Assembly (NCBI GenBank): GCA_045653505.1
Contig: JAZOLZ010000007.1
Coordinates: 4,447-68,446 of the forward strand
DNA: 64,000 nucleotides
Source of the DNA: Eubacteriales bacterium
Lineage (GTDB): Bacteria > Bacillota > Clostridia > Oscillospirales > CAG-272
Reading direction: 5' to 3'
The position numbers were made by a program, and so were the translations under genes. Below, one piece after another: positions 1-7,447 of the stretch (position 1 is its first letter; each line of letters starts with the position of its first letter). The notes beneath the pieces are model-generated. The model did no database searches. It saw nothing but the letters and a program-made list of their open reading frames with translations, and was not told where the DNA came from.

Positions 1-1052
1 GACGATATAATATTAATCTTGAAACACGTGAACAGTTCCTTGATGAATATCCTGACTTCGTTGCAGGTCTTGCTGTCGGAAAAATCAAAGATAGAAACAA
101 GGCAGAAAGCAAACCAATTAAGATTAGAAAAGGCGTTTTCAACGAAATCAAAGAACTTTGGGAAAAAATCAACCAAAGATATTTGCTCTATTATGATGTG
201 GAACTTAACGATGCACTTGATACGGCAATTTTAGAAATACTTGAAAAGCCGGGCATTTTTAATGGTGTCGTTTTGAGTAGTGAACGAGATATTGTCCGTA
301 GTGATGGCTCGCAAATGTCAACCGAAGCTGGGGTTGGTGTACAATATACCATTTCTCGTCCTATTGCCTATAATGTGTTCCTGAAGCGAATTATGCACAC
401 CACAAATATTCCTCTTGCAGTTATGCACAAGGCTATGTGTGAATACGCAAAAAAACACGGAAATATCAATAGCGACTATATCAATGAAAGCACCGTTGTC
501 GTATTCTGCAAAGAGTTTTATGATTGGAAAATTGCACATTTACAAGGGCATTTCCATTATAAAAAGAGTTCTATCGCCACAAGAGAAACAGCGCTTACCT
601 ATGCGGATGGTACTCCGAGAGATGAAATTGCACAAGGTCGTATCGGCACAAAAATTGTTGCGGGCACGCCAAGTGATAAATACCTGTATGACACCTATGC
701 TTACGATTCTCCTTTGGAAAAGCAAAACATTACCTCGGACATTGAATCCGTAACGGTATATGGCAAAATACCGAGAAGCAGTATTGCTATTCCTACTATT
801 ACGGGTGGAACATACAGCCCCGACTTTATGTATGTTGTGACTCGTACCTCAGGAGAAAAGGAACTCAATGTTATCGTTGAAACAAAGGATGTAGAAAACA
901 AGACGGAGTTGCGTGGCACAGAAGAAGCAAAAATAAAATGTGCCGAATTGTTCTTTAGTATACTCGAACAAGACGGCTACAAAGTATATTTCAAAACCCA
1001 AATCAATAATAAACAAATGAAACAGATTATTGATGAGGTGTTGAGTTGTTAA
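1..1052 (+). CDS. Type III restriction endonuclease Res subunit, C-terminal part (5' end lies outside the window)
   Basis: Frame 3 is open from base 3 (RYNINLETREQF...), so the ORF-track Met at 183 is internal. The C-terminus has a PD-(D/E)xK nuclease signature as in type III Res proteins (YSPDFMYVV ... NVIVETKD ... LRGTEEAKIKCAELFF). Confidence 0.65.
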   Translation, partial: RYNINLETREQFLDEYPDFVAGLAVGKIKDRNKAESKPIKIRKGVFNEIKELWEKINQRYLLYYDVELNDALDTAILEILEKPGIFNGVVLSSERDIVRSDGSQMSTEAGVGVQYTISRPIAYNVFLKRIMHTTNIPLAVMHKAMCEYAKKHGNINSDYINESTVVVFCKEFYDWKIAHLQGHFHYKKSSIATRETALTYADGTPRDEIAQGRIGTKIVAGTPSDKYLYDTYAYDSPLEKQNITSDIESVTVYGKIPRSSIAIPTITGGTYSPDFMYVVTRTSGEKELNVIVETKDVENKTELRGTEEAKIKCAELFFSILEQDGYKVYFKTQINNKQMKQIIDEVLSC

Positions 1053-1069
1053 AAGTTAAGGAGAACAGT

Positions 1070-1231
1070 ATGACAGAAGAACAAGTTAAGTTTTTATGTA
1101 AATGGATTGTTGATAACAGCAATCGTCCATTGAATGAATTAGAAAAAGAACTTATTAAGCAAGCAATCGACAATTCTAAAAATCCGCAAGAGATGGTTGT
1201 ATCCGTTTTGGCACTGTTGAAGAATATGTAA
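1070..1231 (+). CDS. hypothetical small protein (53 aa)
   Basis: Lies in ORF 1046-1231. The ATG at 1070 follows AAGGAGAA. The gene abuts the res stop (1050-1052), suggesting co-transcription. No recognisable motif. Confidence 0.4.
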   Translation: MTEEQVKFLCKWIVDNSNRPLNELEKELIKQAIDNSKNPQEMVVSVLALLKNM

Positions 1232-1285
1232 AAATGAAAAAACGTTCTCCTTCATCGAAATAACAATCGAAGCTATGGAGTAAAA

Positions 1286-1816
1286 ATGGATAATATAACA
1301 TACAAAGCACTGCGTTTATTACAAAACATATTTTCTTTGAAAGATATCAACAAACTTATTCTTCCTCTAAATAACGAGTACAAACCTGAAGAAGAATATA
1401 GTTATTTTTCAACGGAAGATTATTATCCAATAATTTACGAAGAATCAGTTTCGTTGATTATTGAAATAGCCGTTTTGATGCGCAGAGAAGCTGAACAATT
1501 AGATAAGTATAAAGAAAGTCTTAACGCAAAAGTAAAATATTCAAATGTAAGCAAAGATATTGAAAACAGCAAAGATATCTCTTTTTTGAATACACTTTCT
1601 AAAATAGTCCACTCTGACGACATTTTGCTTGAAGTAAAAGATAGACACGGGAATATAGGTTATAGTTACGAGTTGGATAGAGATTGTTATTTTACGGGCT
1701 TTGCTTTATGTAAAGGAACAGACAAAAACAATGTTCCGCAGACAATAAAAATTGATATTAAACGCTTTTGTATCAATGTATTTATGTTTAAGGCAGATAG
1801 ATGTGATATGATGTAA
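1286..1816 (+). CDS. hypothetical protein (176 aa)
   Basis: Clean ORF with GGAG upstream of the ATG, co-oriented between res and the HNH gene. No motif recognised. Confidence 0.5.
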   Translation: MDNITYKALRLLQNIFSLKDINKLILPLNNEYKPEEEYSYFSTEDYYPIIYEESVSLIIEIAVLMRREAEQLDKYKESLNAKVKYSNVSKDIENSKDISFLNTLSKIVHSDDILLEVKDRHGNIGYSYELDRDCYFTGFALCKGTDKNNVPQTIKIDIKRFCINVFMFKADRCDMM

Positions 1817-1827
1817 AGGAGAAAGAA

Positions 1828-2523
1828 ATGCCCTTTAATGAAAAAATAAAAGAAGAAGCAATGATAGCATGTGGGCGACACTGCTGCGTCTGTCATAAAT
1901 TTTGTGGTAACAAAATGGAAGTCCATCATATAACTCCACAAAAAGACGGTGGTGAAGACACGTTTGAAAACGCTATCCCCCTTTGCTTTGAATGCCACGC
2001 AGAAGTGGGGGCTTATAATACTAGTCACCCTAAGGGCGTTAAGTTCTCTAAAACTGAATTAAAGCGTCATCGCGATAATTGGTATAACCGTGTTAAACAA
2101 GGTAATGTGACAAGCGATACAATTCCACCAATGAAATTATTGCGTGAAGAAGGATTTGAAAATACCCCACTCGTTCGCATAACATCGGGAATACAACTAT
2201 TAAATGCTTTGAGTGGGTGTTGTGGAGCTCAACATAATTACGAAGAACCCAAAACAAGAGAAGAAGCATCTATTATCAGTGAATTTCAAAAAGAAATTGA
2301 ATATTTATCGGATGCTGATTCTCTTGTGGAAGAAAGTGAAAGAGTGCTGATAGGGTTTGATTTAAATGACTTAATAACTAAAATGGACGAAAAAGGTTTT
2401 TGGATTTTTACAGGAAGAGAAAATGTAGTTTTAACGGGTGGTGCAATCAGAACTCCTGAAAACTTTCCGCTATTACATATTTACATCTTGAAGAAAGACA
2501 ATATAATAATCAAAAACGATTAA
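1828..2523 (+). CDS. HNH endonuclease domain protein with unrecognised C-terminal domain
   Basis: The N-terminal ~70 aa carry a Cys box plus HNH motif: CGRHCCVCHKFCGNKMEVHHITPQKDGGEDTFENAIPLCFECH. AGGAG lies upstream. The gene starts 12 nt after the previous stop. The C-terminal ~140 aa are unassigned. Confidence 0.8.
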   Translation: MPFNEKIKEEAMIACGRHCCVCHKFCGNKMEVHHITPQKDGGEDTFENAIPLCFECHAEVGAYNTSHPKGVKFSKTELKRHRDNWYNRVKQGNVTSDTIPPMKLLREEGFENTPLVRITSGIQLLNALSGCCGAQHNYEEPKTREEASIISEFQKEIEYLSDADSLVEESERVLIGFDLNDLITKMDEKGFWIFTGRENVVLTGGAIRTPENFPLLHIYILKKDNIIIKND

Positions 2524-2538
2524 ACCATTTACAGAAGT

Positions 2539-2570
2539 AGTCCGGTGTACAAGAAAATGTACACCGGACT
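2539..2570 (+). terminator. hairpin after the HNH gene (terminator-like, weak T tract)
   Basis: agtccggtgtac-aagaaaat-gtacaccggact forms a 12-bp perfect stem 16 nt after the stop. The downstream T run is poor. Confidence 0.4.
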
Positions 2571-2592
2571 ATTGACTTTTACGAAACTTAAA

Positions 2593-2637
2593 ATTGGTAT
2601 AGAGTTGGTATAGTTTTCGGTGTTAAAGTTGGTATTA
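2593..2637 (+). repeat. three direct copies of (A/G)TTGGTAT(A/T), candidate recombinase arm-type sites
   Basis: attggtatag (2593), gttggtatag (2604) and gttggtatta (2628) lie about 120-160 bp upstream of the tRNA-fragment core. Confidence 0.4.
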
Positions 2638-2757
2638 GAAGCGAAAATTACTTGAAGAAACGAACAAAAAGCCTCAAAATAGACGCATTTTAGGGCATAA
2701 AACGCACGAAAATCAAGAAAAATCGCATTTCAACGCCACTTTTACGGTAGAAAAGCA

Positions 2758-2801
2758 CTCCTAAGGGTTAGTTACAGGTTCGATTCCTGTTGCGGGTGCC
2801 A
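2758..2801 (+). other. tRNA 3'-half-like fragment (anticodon loop to CCA), putative att site of an integrated element
   Basis: The sequence ctcctaa-gggtt-agtt-ACAGG-TTCGATT-CCTGT-TGCGGGT-G-CCA has a canonical T arm, a 3' acceptor strand and CCA. No matching 5' acceptor strand or D arm lies upstream. The loop would read as anticodon CCT (Arg), which is tentative. Confidence 0.6.
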
Positions 2802-2803
2802 AT

Positions 2804-2840
2804 AAGAACGTAAATCGAACAAGGTTTACGTTCTTTTTCT
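2804..2840 (+). terminator. rho-independent terminator after the tRNA fragment
   Basis: aagaacgtaaa-tcgaacaagg-tttacgttctt is followed by tttt. Confidence 0.6.
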
Positions 2841-2986
2841 TTGCAAAAAATCAAGGGCGGGACAACAAGCCCCACCCTATAAAGTTTAATATTAAAGTTT
2901 ACAATTCCCGCCCAATAAGTATAAAACAAGCAGATGTTCAGGAACGTGGACGTCTGACCGCTTTTGTAAAAGTTTTTAGTTTTCCG

Positions 2987-4210
2987 TTAAATTGCTGCAA
3001 CCAAACTCTTAACAATTCCCTCAAGAGACGACTCGGAACGTTTTTTAACAATATCCGAAAAGTCCATATCTAATGAAAGAAATGTCAATCCTTTTTGTTT
3101 TCTTAAAACATCTAATCCTTCCTTGCCATACATATATATGAGATTTGAAATATACGTATTTTTTGCTTGCTCACTATGGTAAAGAATCATAATTTCATCC
3201 ATTTTATTAAAGAGTTCCATAATGATATCTTTATCCGTGATGTCAAGAGAGTGTCCCATAACAATAAGTGAAGCAAATTGCTTAGGCTCTTTAATTTCTT
3301 TTAACCAATTCATATAGTCCAAATCGGTATTATATTGAGTTCGCTGAAAATACTTTTTAAATTTCACAAAAGATACGTCTATTGAAGTTACCTCATCGGA
3401 AGAATCAGGATTGATACCAATAATTATTTTATTCTTTATATCCCCGTGTAAATGAAAAATTTCTGAACTTAAATAGAATTGCTCGTAACTACTTGTATAG
3501 TTAAAACTAATAGCTTTGTCAATATGCGTAATTGCTGGACATTTTTTAAGTGTATGCTGTTTGATTTCTAATAAAGTTGGCTCTATAAAAGCTTCTAAAT
3601 ATAATCGTAATATTTTAGCCAAAATGTTTAATTCTTCAAGTAAATGTTCAATAATTTTTTCTTTATTTACAATAATTAACCCCGAACCTAAAGGATATTC
3701 CTTAGCAAAATCATCTATTACACTGTGTGAAGGACCACCAACAATACCCGAATTGTAATCTTTAAGAAAGAAATTAAAATTCTTAATTATGTATGTTTGT
3801 TCTTTATTAACTTCGTGAAAGCGAACTTTAACTGTGGCTTTTTTCAAAAAAGCCTTAAAGGCATCTAAAACATAGGCGATTTCCTTTTCAAAATCTATCC
3901 ATCCAACTCTATTATCAAATATCTTTAATAAATACTGAAACCATAAGTTAGTTTTTGATAAATCAATCAACTGCCCAACAATGCGCTCATCCAACACAGT
4001 GCCTTCATAAACTATTTTATGGGCATTATAACATTCGCCAATGAAAGCATCTTCATTTTGCAACCTGCTATCGCCAAAAACATCAGCAATGGTTTTCATT
4101 TCGGGCTTATAATTTTTAACAAGAAAATCTATTGTATGTAAAAAGTTGTCATATCTCGTTGGTAACTTATGATAAAGGTCAAAACCGTTGCCAAGTAAAA
4201 GTATATTCAT
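2987..4210 (-). CDS. AbiH-family abortive-infection protein
   Basis: The N-terminus MNILLLGNGFDLYHKLPTRYDNFL matches the hallmark start of the AbiH family (xIxGNGFDLxHxLxTxYxDF). The 407-aa length fits. Confidence 0.7.
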   Translation of the reverse strand: MNILLLGNGFDLYHKLPTRYDNFLHTIDFLVKNYKPEMKTIADVFGDSRLQNEDAFIGECYNAHKIVYEGTVLDERIVGQLIDLSKTNLWFQYLLKIFDNRVGWIDFEKEIAYVLDAFKAFLKKATVKVRFHEVNKEQTYIIKNFNFFLKDYNSGIVGGPSHSVIDDFAKEYPLGSGLIIVNKEKIIEHLLEELNILAKILRLYLEAFIEPTLLEIKQHTLKKCPAITHIDKAISFNYTSSYEQFYLSSEIFHLHGDIKNKIIIGINPDSSDEVTSIDVSFVKFKKYFQRTQYNTDLDYMNWLKEIKEPKQFASLIVMGHSLDITDKDIIMELFNKMDEIMILYHSEQAKNTYISNLIYMYGKEGLDVLRKQKGLTFLSLDMDFSDIVKKRSESSLEGIVKSLVAAI

Positions 4211-4275
4211 TCTTTCTCCTTTGTTCTTTTGTAAGTATTTCGGCGAGAGAGATTATTCTTCTATTTGCGAATATG

Positions 4276-4467
4276 CTACCATCTTGAATTGCTTAAAAAG
4301 GTTAAAAGTTCGTTTATATCTTTTGCCCTAGAATAAGCGTCAATAGCGTTAAGCCAATTTGCTTTTTGTTGGTTAGATAAGCTCATATCATTACAAATCA
4401 TTTGTTTTATGATTTCGGTTTTTGCTTTCTCTAATCCTTTTTGAATAATATAATCGTTTAAATTCAT
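4276..4467 (-). CDS. hypothetical small protein (63 aa)
   Basis: ORF lies between the RhuM-family and AbiH-family genes on the same strand. No motif recognised. Confidence 0.4.
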   Translation of the reverse strand: MNLNDYIIQKGLEKAKTEIIKQMICNDMSLSNQQKANWLNAIDAYSRAKDINELLTFLSNSRW

Positions 4468-4523
4468 ATTTGTCCTTTCATTTTATCACAGTAAATATAA
4501 CAATACCCGTCATATTTATAAAA

Positions 4524-5531
4524 TTAATCTTCCTTTTTACCTATGAGTTTTTTTACTTCTTTATCAAAGTCAGAAGTGATTTTTTGTGTCTTATTAAACA
4601 CATCGTATTCATGCGTGGCCTTGCGTTCCGCATCAAGTTTAGACACAGTGCCTTTGCCTTGCAAAATCTTATATTTACGGAATTCCAAAAAGGCGTTGAT
4701 TGCTTCTGCAAATTGTTGCATTGTAAATGTGCGTTCTTCTTCGATTAAATCTTCCACATAGTCAAAGAAGCCAGAAACTGTTCTTTCCAACTTTTTAATT
4801 TGCTTTTCTTCAAGATAATTTTTAGCAATCGTTACGTCAGATTTCAAAATCCTTCCGTCTGGGGAGTGTTTCCAAGTCGTAAGTCCCATATTTTCTTTAG
4901 AACTGTCCGCTTTAGAATAAACGATTTCAGCGGCAGTTTGTCCGGTAATAGCATAGTGGAACTTGTTTTGAACCGTAGCATAAAATTCTTGCGTAATAGT
5001 AGAGTTTTTATCGTAGTCGATACTACACTCAGCAAAAATATCGGTAATTAGTTGCCAAATTCTACGTTCACTTGCACGAATGGAGCGAACTCTTTCCAAA
5101 AGTTCACGGAAATAGTCTTTACCAAAAACCGTTTCGCCTTGTTTTAAGCGTTCGTCATCCAAGACAAAACCTTTTTTAATAAACTCTTTTAATACCTTTG
5201 TTGCCCAAATACGGAATTGTGTAGCACGGTGGGAGTTGACGCGATATCCAACGGAAATAACGGCATCAAGGTTGTAGAATTTGATATTTCTTGATACTTG
5301 ACGAGTGCCTTCAGTTTGAACTACCGAGAAATCCTCGGCAGTTCCTGACTCTTGTAATTCTCCATCTTGATAGATATTCTTTAAATGTAAGGAGATGTTG
5401 TCGGCGGAACAATCAAAAAGTTCTGCCATACCACGTTGGGTAACCCAAATGGTTTCGTCCTTTATCGCAACCTTAACCTTAATATCTTCTTGGTCTATGT
5501 TGTATAAAACAAATTGAAGTTCATTAGCCAT
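4524..5531 (-). CDS. RhuM-family protein
   Basis: TIWVTQRGMAELFDCSADNISLHLKNIYQDGEL ... KFYNLDAVISVGYRVNSHRATQFRIWATKVLKEFIKKGFVLDDERLK is a typical RhuM-family core. Confidence 0.8.
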   Translation of the reverse strand: MANELQFVLYNIDQEDIKVKVAIKDETIWVTQRGMAELFDCSADNISLHLKNIYQDGELQESGTAEDFSVVQTEGTRQVSRNIKFYNLDAVISVGYRVNSHRATQFRIWATKVLKEFIKKGFVLDDERLKQGETVFGKDYFRELLERVRSIRASERRIWQLITDIFAECSIDYDKNSTITQEFYATVQNKFHYAITGQTAAEIVYSKADSSKENMGLTTWKHSPDGRILKSDVTIAKNYLEEKQIKKLERTVSGFFDYVEDLIEEERTFTMQQFAEAINAFLEFRKYKILQGKGTVSKLDAERKATHEYDVFNKTQKITSDFDKEVKKLIGKKED

Positions 5532-5737
5532 TATTCCACCTCCACAATTTCCATAATGTCAGCTATATCGCATTTAAGTGCAGAGCAGATTTTTACAAGC
5601 ATTTCAGTATTAACGTTTTCGTTTTTGCCGAGTTTAGCCATAGTGTTTGTTGAAATGCCTGCGGCGATACGTAATTCTTCTTTCTTCATATCTTTATCTA
5701 TGAGAAGTTTCCATAGTTTTTTGTAGCTTACTGCCAT
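5531..5737 (-). CDS. XRE-type helix-turn-helix transcriptional regulator (68 aa)
   Basis: HTH pattern ELRIAAGISTNTMAKLGKNENVNTEMLVKICSAL. Its stop overlaps the RhuM start by 1 nt (ATGA-type junction at 5531). Confidence 0.8.
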   Translation of the reverse strand: MAVSYKKLWKLLIDKDMKKEELRIAAGISTNTMAKLGKNENVNTEMLVKICSALKCDIADIMEIVEVE

Positions 5738-5927
5738 TTTTACAACTCTCCATATTGTAGTTTATATTATTGTAGCATATATAAAAATAAAAATCAAGGC
5801 ATTCTTTGCGTTCGCCAAGATTTACTTGTTGAACACAGAAAGTATTTTCATTCCCTTTGTCTTTCTCAAAAGTTTCTTAAAACTTGATTTGTTGAGTATA
5901 TGACGTGCGCTTGTCTTTAACAAGTAG

Positions 5928-6158
5928 AGTAAAATCGGCAATTACGATGCTGTTTCCCTAGGGTTAAAAATTGCATATTACAGAAAACTGCGTGGTTTAA
6001 CTCAAGAGCAACTCGCTGAAAAAATAGACAAAAGTGCGGCATTTATAGGTCACGTTGAAGCCCCGAATGTAGACAAAGCAATTTCACTTGACACATTGTT
6101 TGATATTGCCGAGGCTTTAGATATACCCGCACATAAATTTTTCATGTTTGAGGAATAA
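5928..6158 (+). pseudogene. XRE-type HTH gene without a usable start codon (remnant)
   Basis: The open frame reads SKIGNYDAVSLGLKIAYYRKLRGLTQEQLAEKIDKSAAFIGHVEAPNVDKAISLDTLFDIAEALDIPAHKFFMFEE*. A TAG sits immediately upstream at 5925-5927. There is no ATG/GTG/TTG before the HTH. Confidence 0.45.
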
Positions 6159-6164
6159 ATTATC

Positions 6165-6198
6165 CTGAGGTTAGAATTATGCTAACCTCAGTTTTTTA
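6165..6198 (+). terminator. rho-independent terminator
   Basis: ctgaggttag-aattatg-ctaacctcag is followed by tttttt. Confidence 0.7.
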
Positions 6199-6208
6199 TT
6201 GTTTTACC

Positions 6209-6237
6209 TTGCAATCTACTGCGTTTTATGGTATAAT
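6209..6237 (+). promoter_or_regulatory. sigma-A-type promoter for the Fic gene
   Basis: TTGCAA, a 17-nt spacer, then TATAAT with an extended -10 (TGgTATAAT). Confidence 0.5.
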
Positions 6238-6267
6238 ATAGTAGAGTTTATAACTAAAGGAGAAAAT

Positions 6268-6876
6268 ATGGCACTTGAAAACAAACTCGGAATAACCGAT
6301 TCTGCAGAGCTTGCCCGCGAAGAAGAACGAATAAGCAAAACACGAGCAGTAGAACTTTTTGAAACTAATTTTCTTTCTTCTCTTACCCCTGGAACGTTTG
6401 ACGCTCTTTCTAAAATACACGCTTCCCTTTTTTCTGACATATACGATTTTGCGGGTCAGATACGGACAGTGAATATGTCAAAGGGGAATTTTAGATTCGC
6501 TCCGCTTATGTATCTCTCTACCGCACTTGAAAATATCGAAAGAATGCCTCAGAGCACGTTCGATGAAATCGTTGAAAAATACGTTGAAATGAACGTGGCT
6601 CACCCTTTTAGAGAAGGTAACGGACGTGCAACTCGAATTTGGCTTGACCATATATTCAAAAACGAAATTGGAATGGTTGTGGACTGGAGTCTTGTGGATA
6701 AAGAGGATTATCTTCTTGCTATGGAAAGAAGTCCTATTAAAGATATTGAAATAAAACATCTTTTAAAAGGCGCTCTTACCGACAAAGTGAATGACCGACA
6801 GGTGTTTATGAAAGGTATTGACCACAGCTATTACTACGAGGGTTATACTACCTTTAAGGCAGAAAATTTGAAATAA
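6268..6876 (+). CDS. Fic-family protein (AMPylase type), class III architecture
   Basis: Fic motif HPFREGNGRATRIW. The ATG at 6268 follows AAAGGAG. The C-terminus has SYYYEG, which fits the inhibitory (S/T)xxxE(G/N) motif. Length is about 202 aa. Confidence 0.85.
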   Translation: MALENKLGITDSAELAREEERISKTRAVELFETNFLSSLTPGTFDALSKIHASLFSDIYDFAGQIRTVNMSKGNFRFAPLMYLSTALENIERMPQSTFDEIVEKYVEMNVAHPFREGNGRATRIWLDHIFKNEIGMVVDWSLVDKEDYLLAMERSPIKDIEIKHLLKGALTDKVNDRQVFMKGIDHSYYYEGYTTFKAENLK

Positions 6877-6882
6877 GACTTA

Positions 6883-6908
6883 GGCAGTCAGATTGACTGC
6901 CTTTTTTA
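6883..6908 (+). terminator. rho-independent terminator
   Basis: ggcagtc-agatt-gactgcc is followed by tttttt. Confidence 0.7.
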
Positions 6909-7012
6909 TTATCGTAACGTTATACATATTTTTAAGTGTTTGACATTTGTTTTACGGTGTGATATATTTTATTTAAGACCAGAGTTAACATTTTTCTTTA
7001 GGAGGTCAGGTA

Positions 7013-7366
7013 ATGTATCTTGAATACACAAACGCACACTACATTGGAGACGTAAACGCGGACGGGCAAGAACACGGCTAAGGTACATTGTTTTATGACA
7101 ACGGCGAAATATATGATGGTGATTGGCGTGATGGCAAGCGACACGGAAGATGCATTATATCTTATAAGAATGGCAGTAGATACGAAGGTCAGTTTTCAAA
7201 TAACGCTTTCAACGGACGTGGCAGGCTTATCCAGAATGACGGTATTGAGATGGAGGGTAACTGGAGTAGCGCGAGTAATGCTACAGACGTAACCTTCTCA
7301 AGTGGCGGCAAAGTTTCAAAGGGATATATTGAAAACTGGGGTTTCAAGAGAATAGATAATAAATGA
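7013..7366 (+). pseudogene. MORN-repeat protein interrupted by an in-frame TAA
   Basis: The ATG at 7013 follows AGGAGG. The reading MYLEYTNAHYIGDVNADGQEHG is stopped by TAA at 7079-7081. It continues in the same frame as GTLFYDNGEIYDGDWRDGKRHGRCI... with MORN repeats (YxGxWxxGxxxG). The Met at 7088 has no RBS. Confidence 0.55.
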
Positions 7367-7416
7367 AATTCATTATAATGAACTTTGCTTAAAACAATAA
7401 ATATTGCCCTAAAATG

Positions 7417-7446
7417 TAAAAGGCGCTTTACAAAAAGCGCCTTTTT
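7417..7446. terminator. bidirectional terminator at the right edge of the AT-rich island
   Basis: aaaaggcgcttt-acaa-aaagcgcctttt has A and T tracts on both sides. Confidence 0.7.
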
Positions 7447-7447
7447 G

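Noticed and set aside
2758-2801. A complete tRNA or the tmRNA 3' end
   Set aside because: No 5' acceptor strand complementary to TGCGGGT and no D arm can be found in the 100 nt upstream. The end is GCCA rather than the ACCA-type end with G:U typical of tmRNA. It is treated as a fragment or att core.
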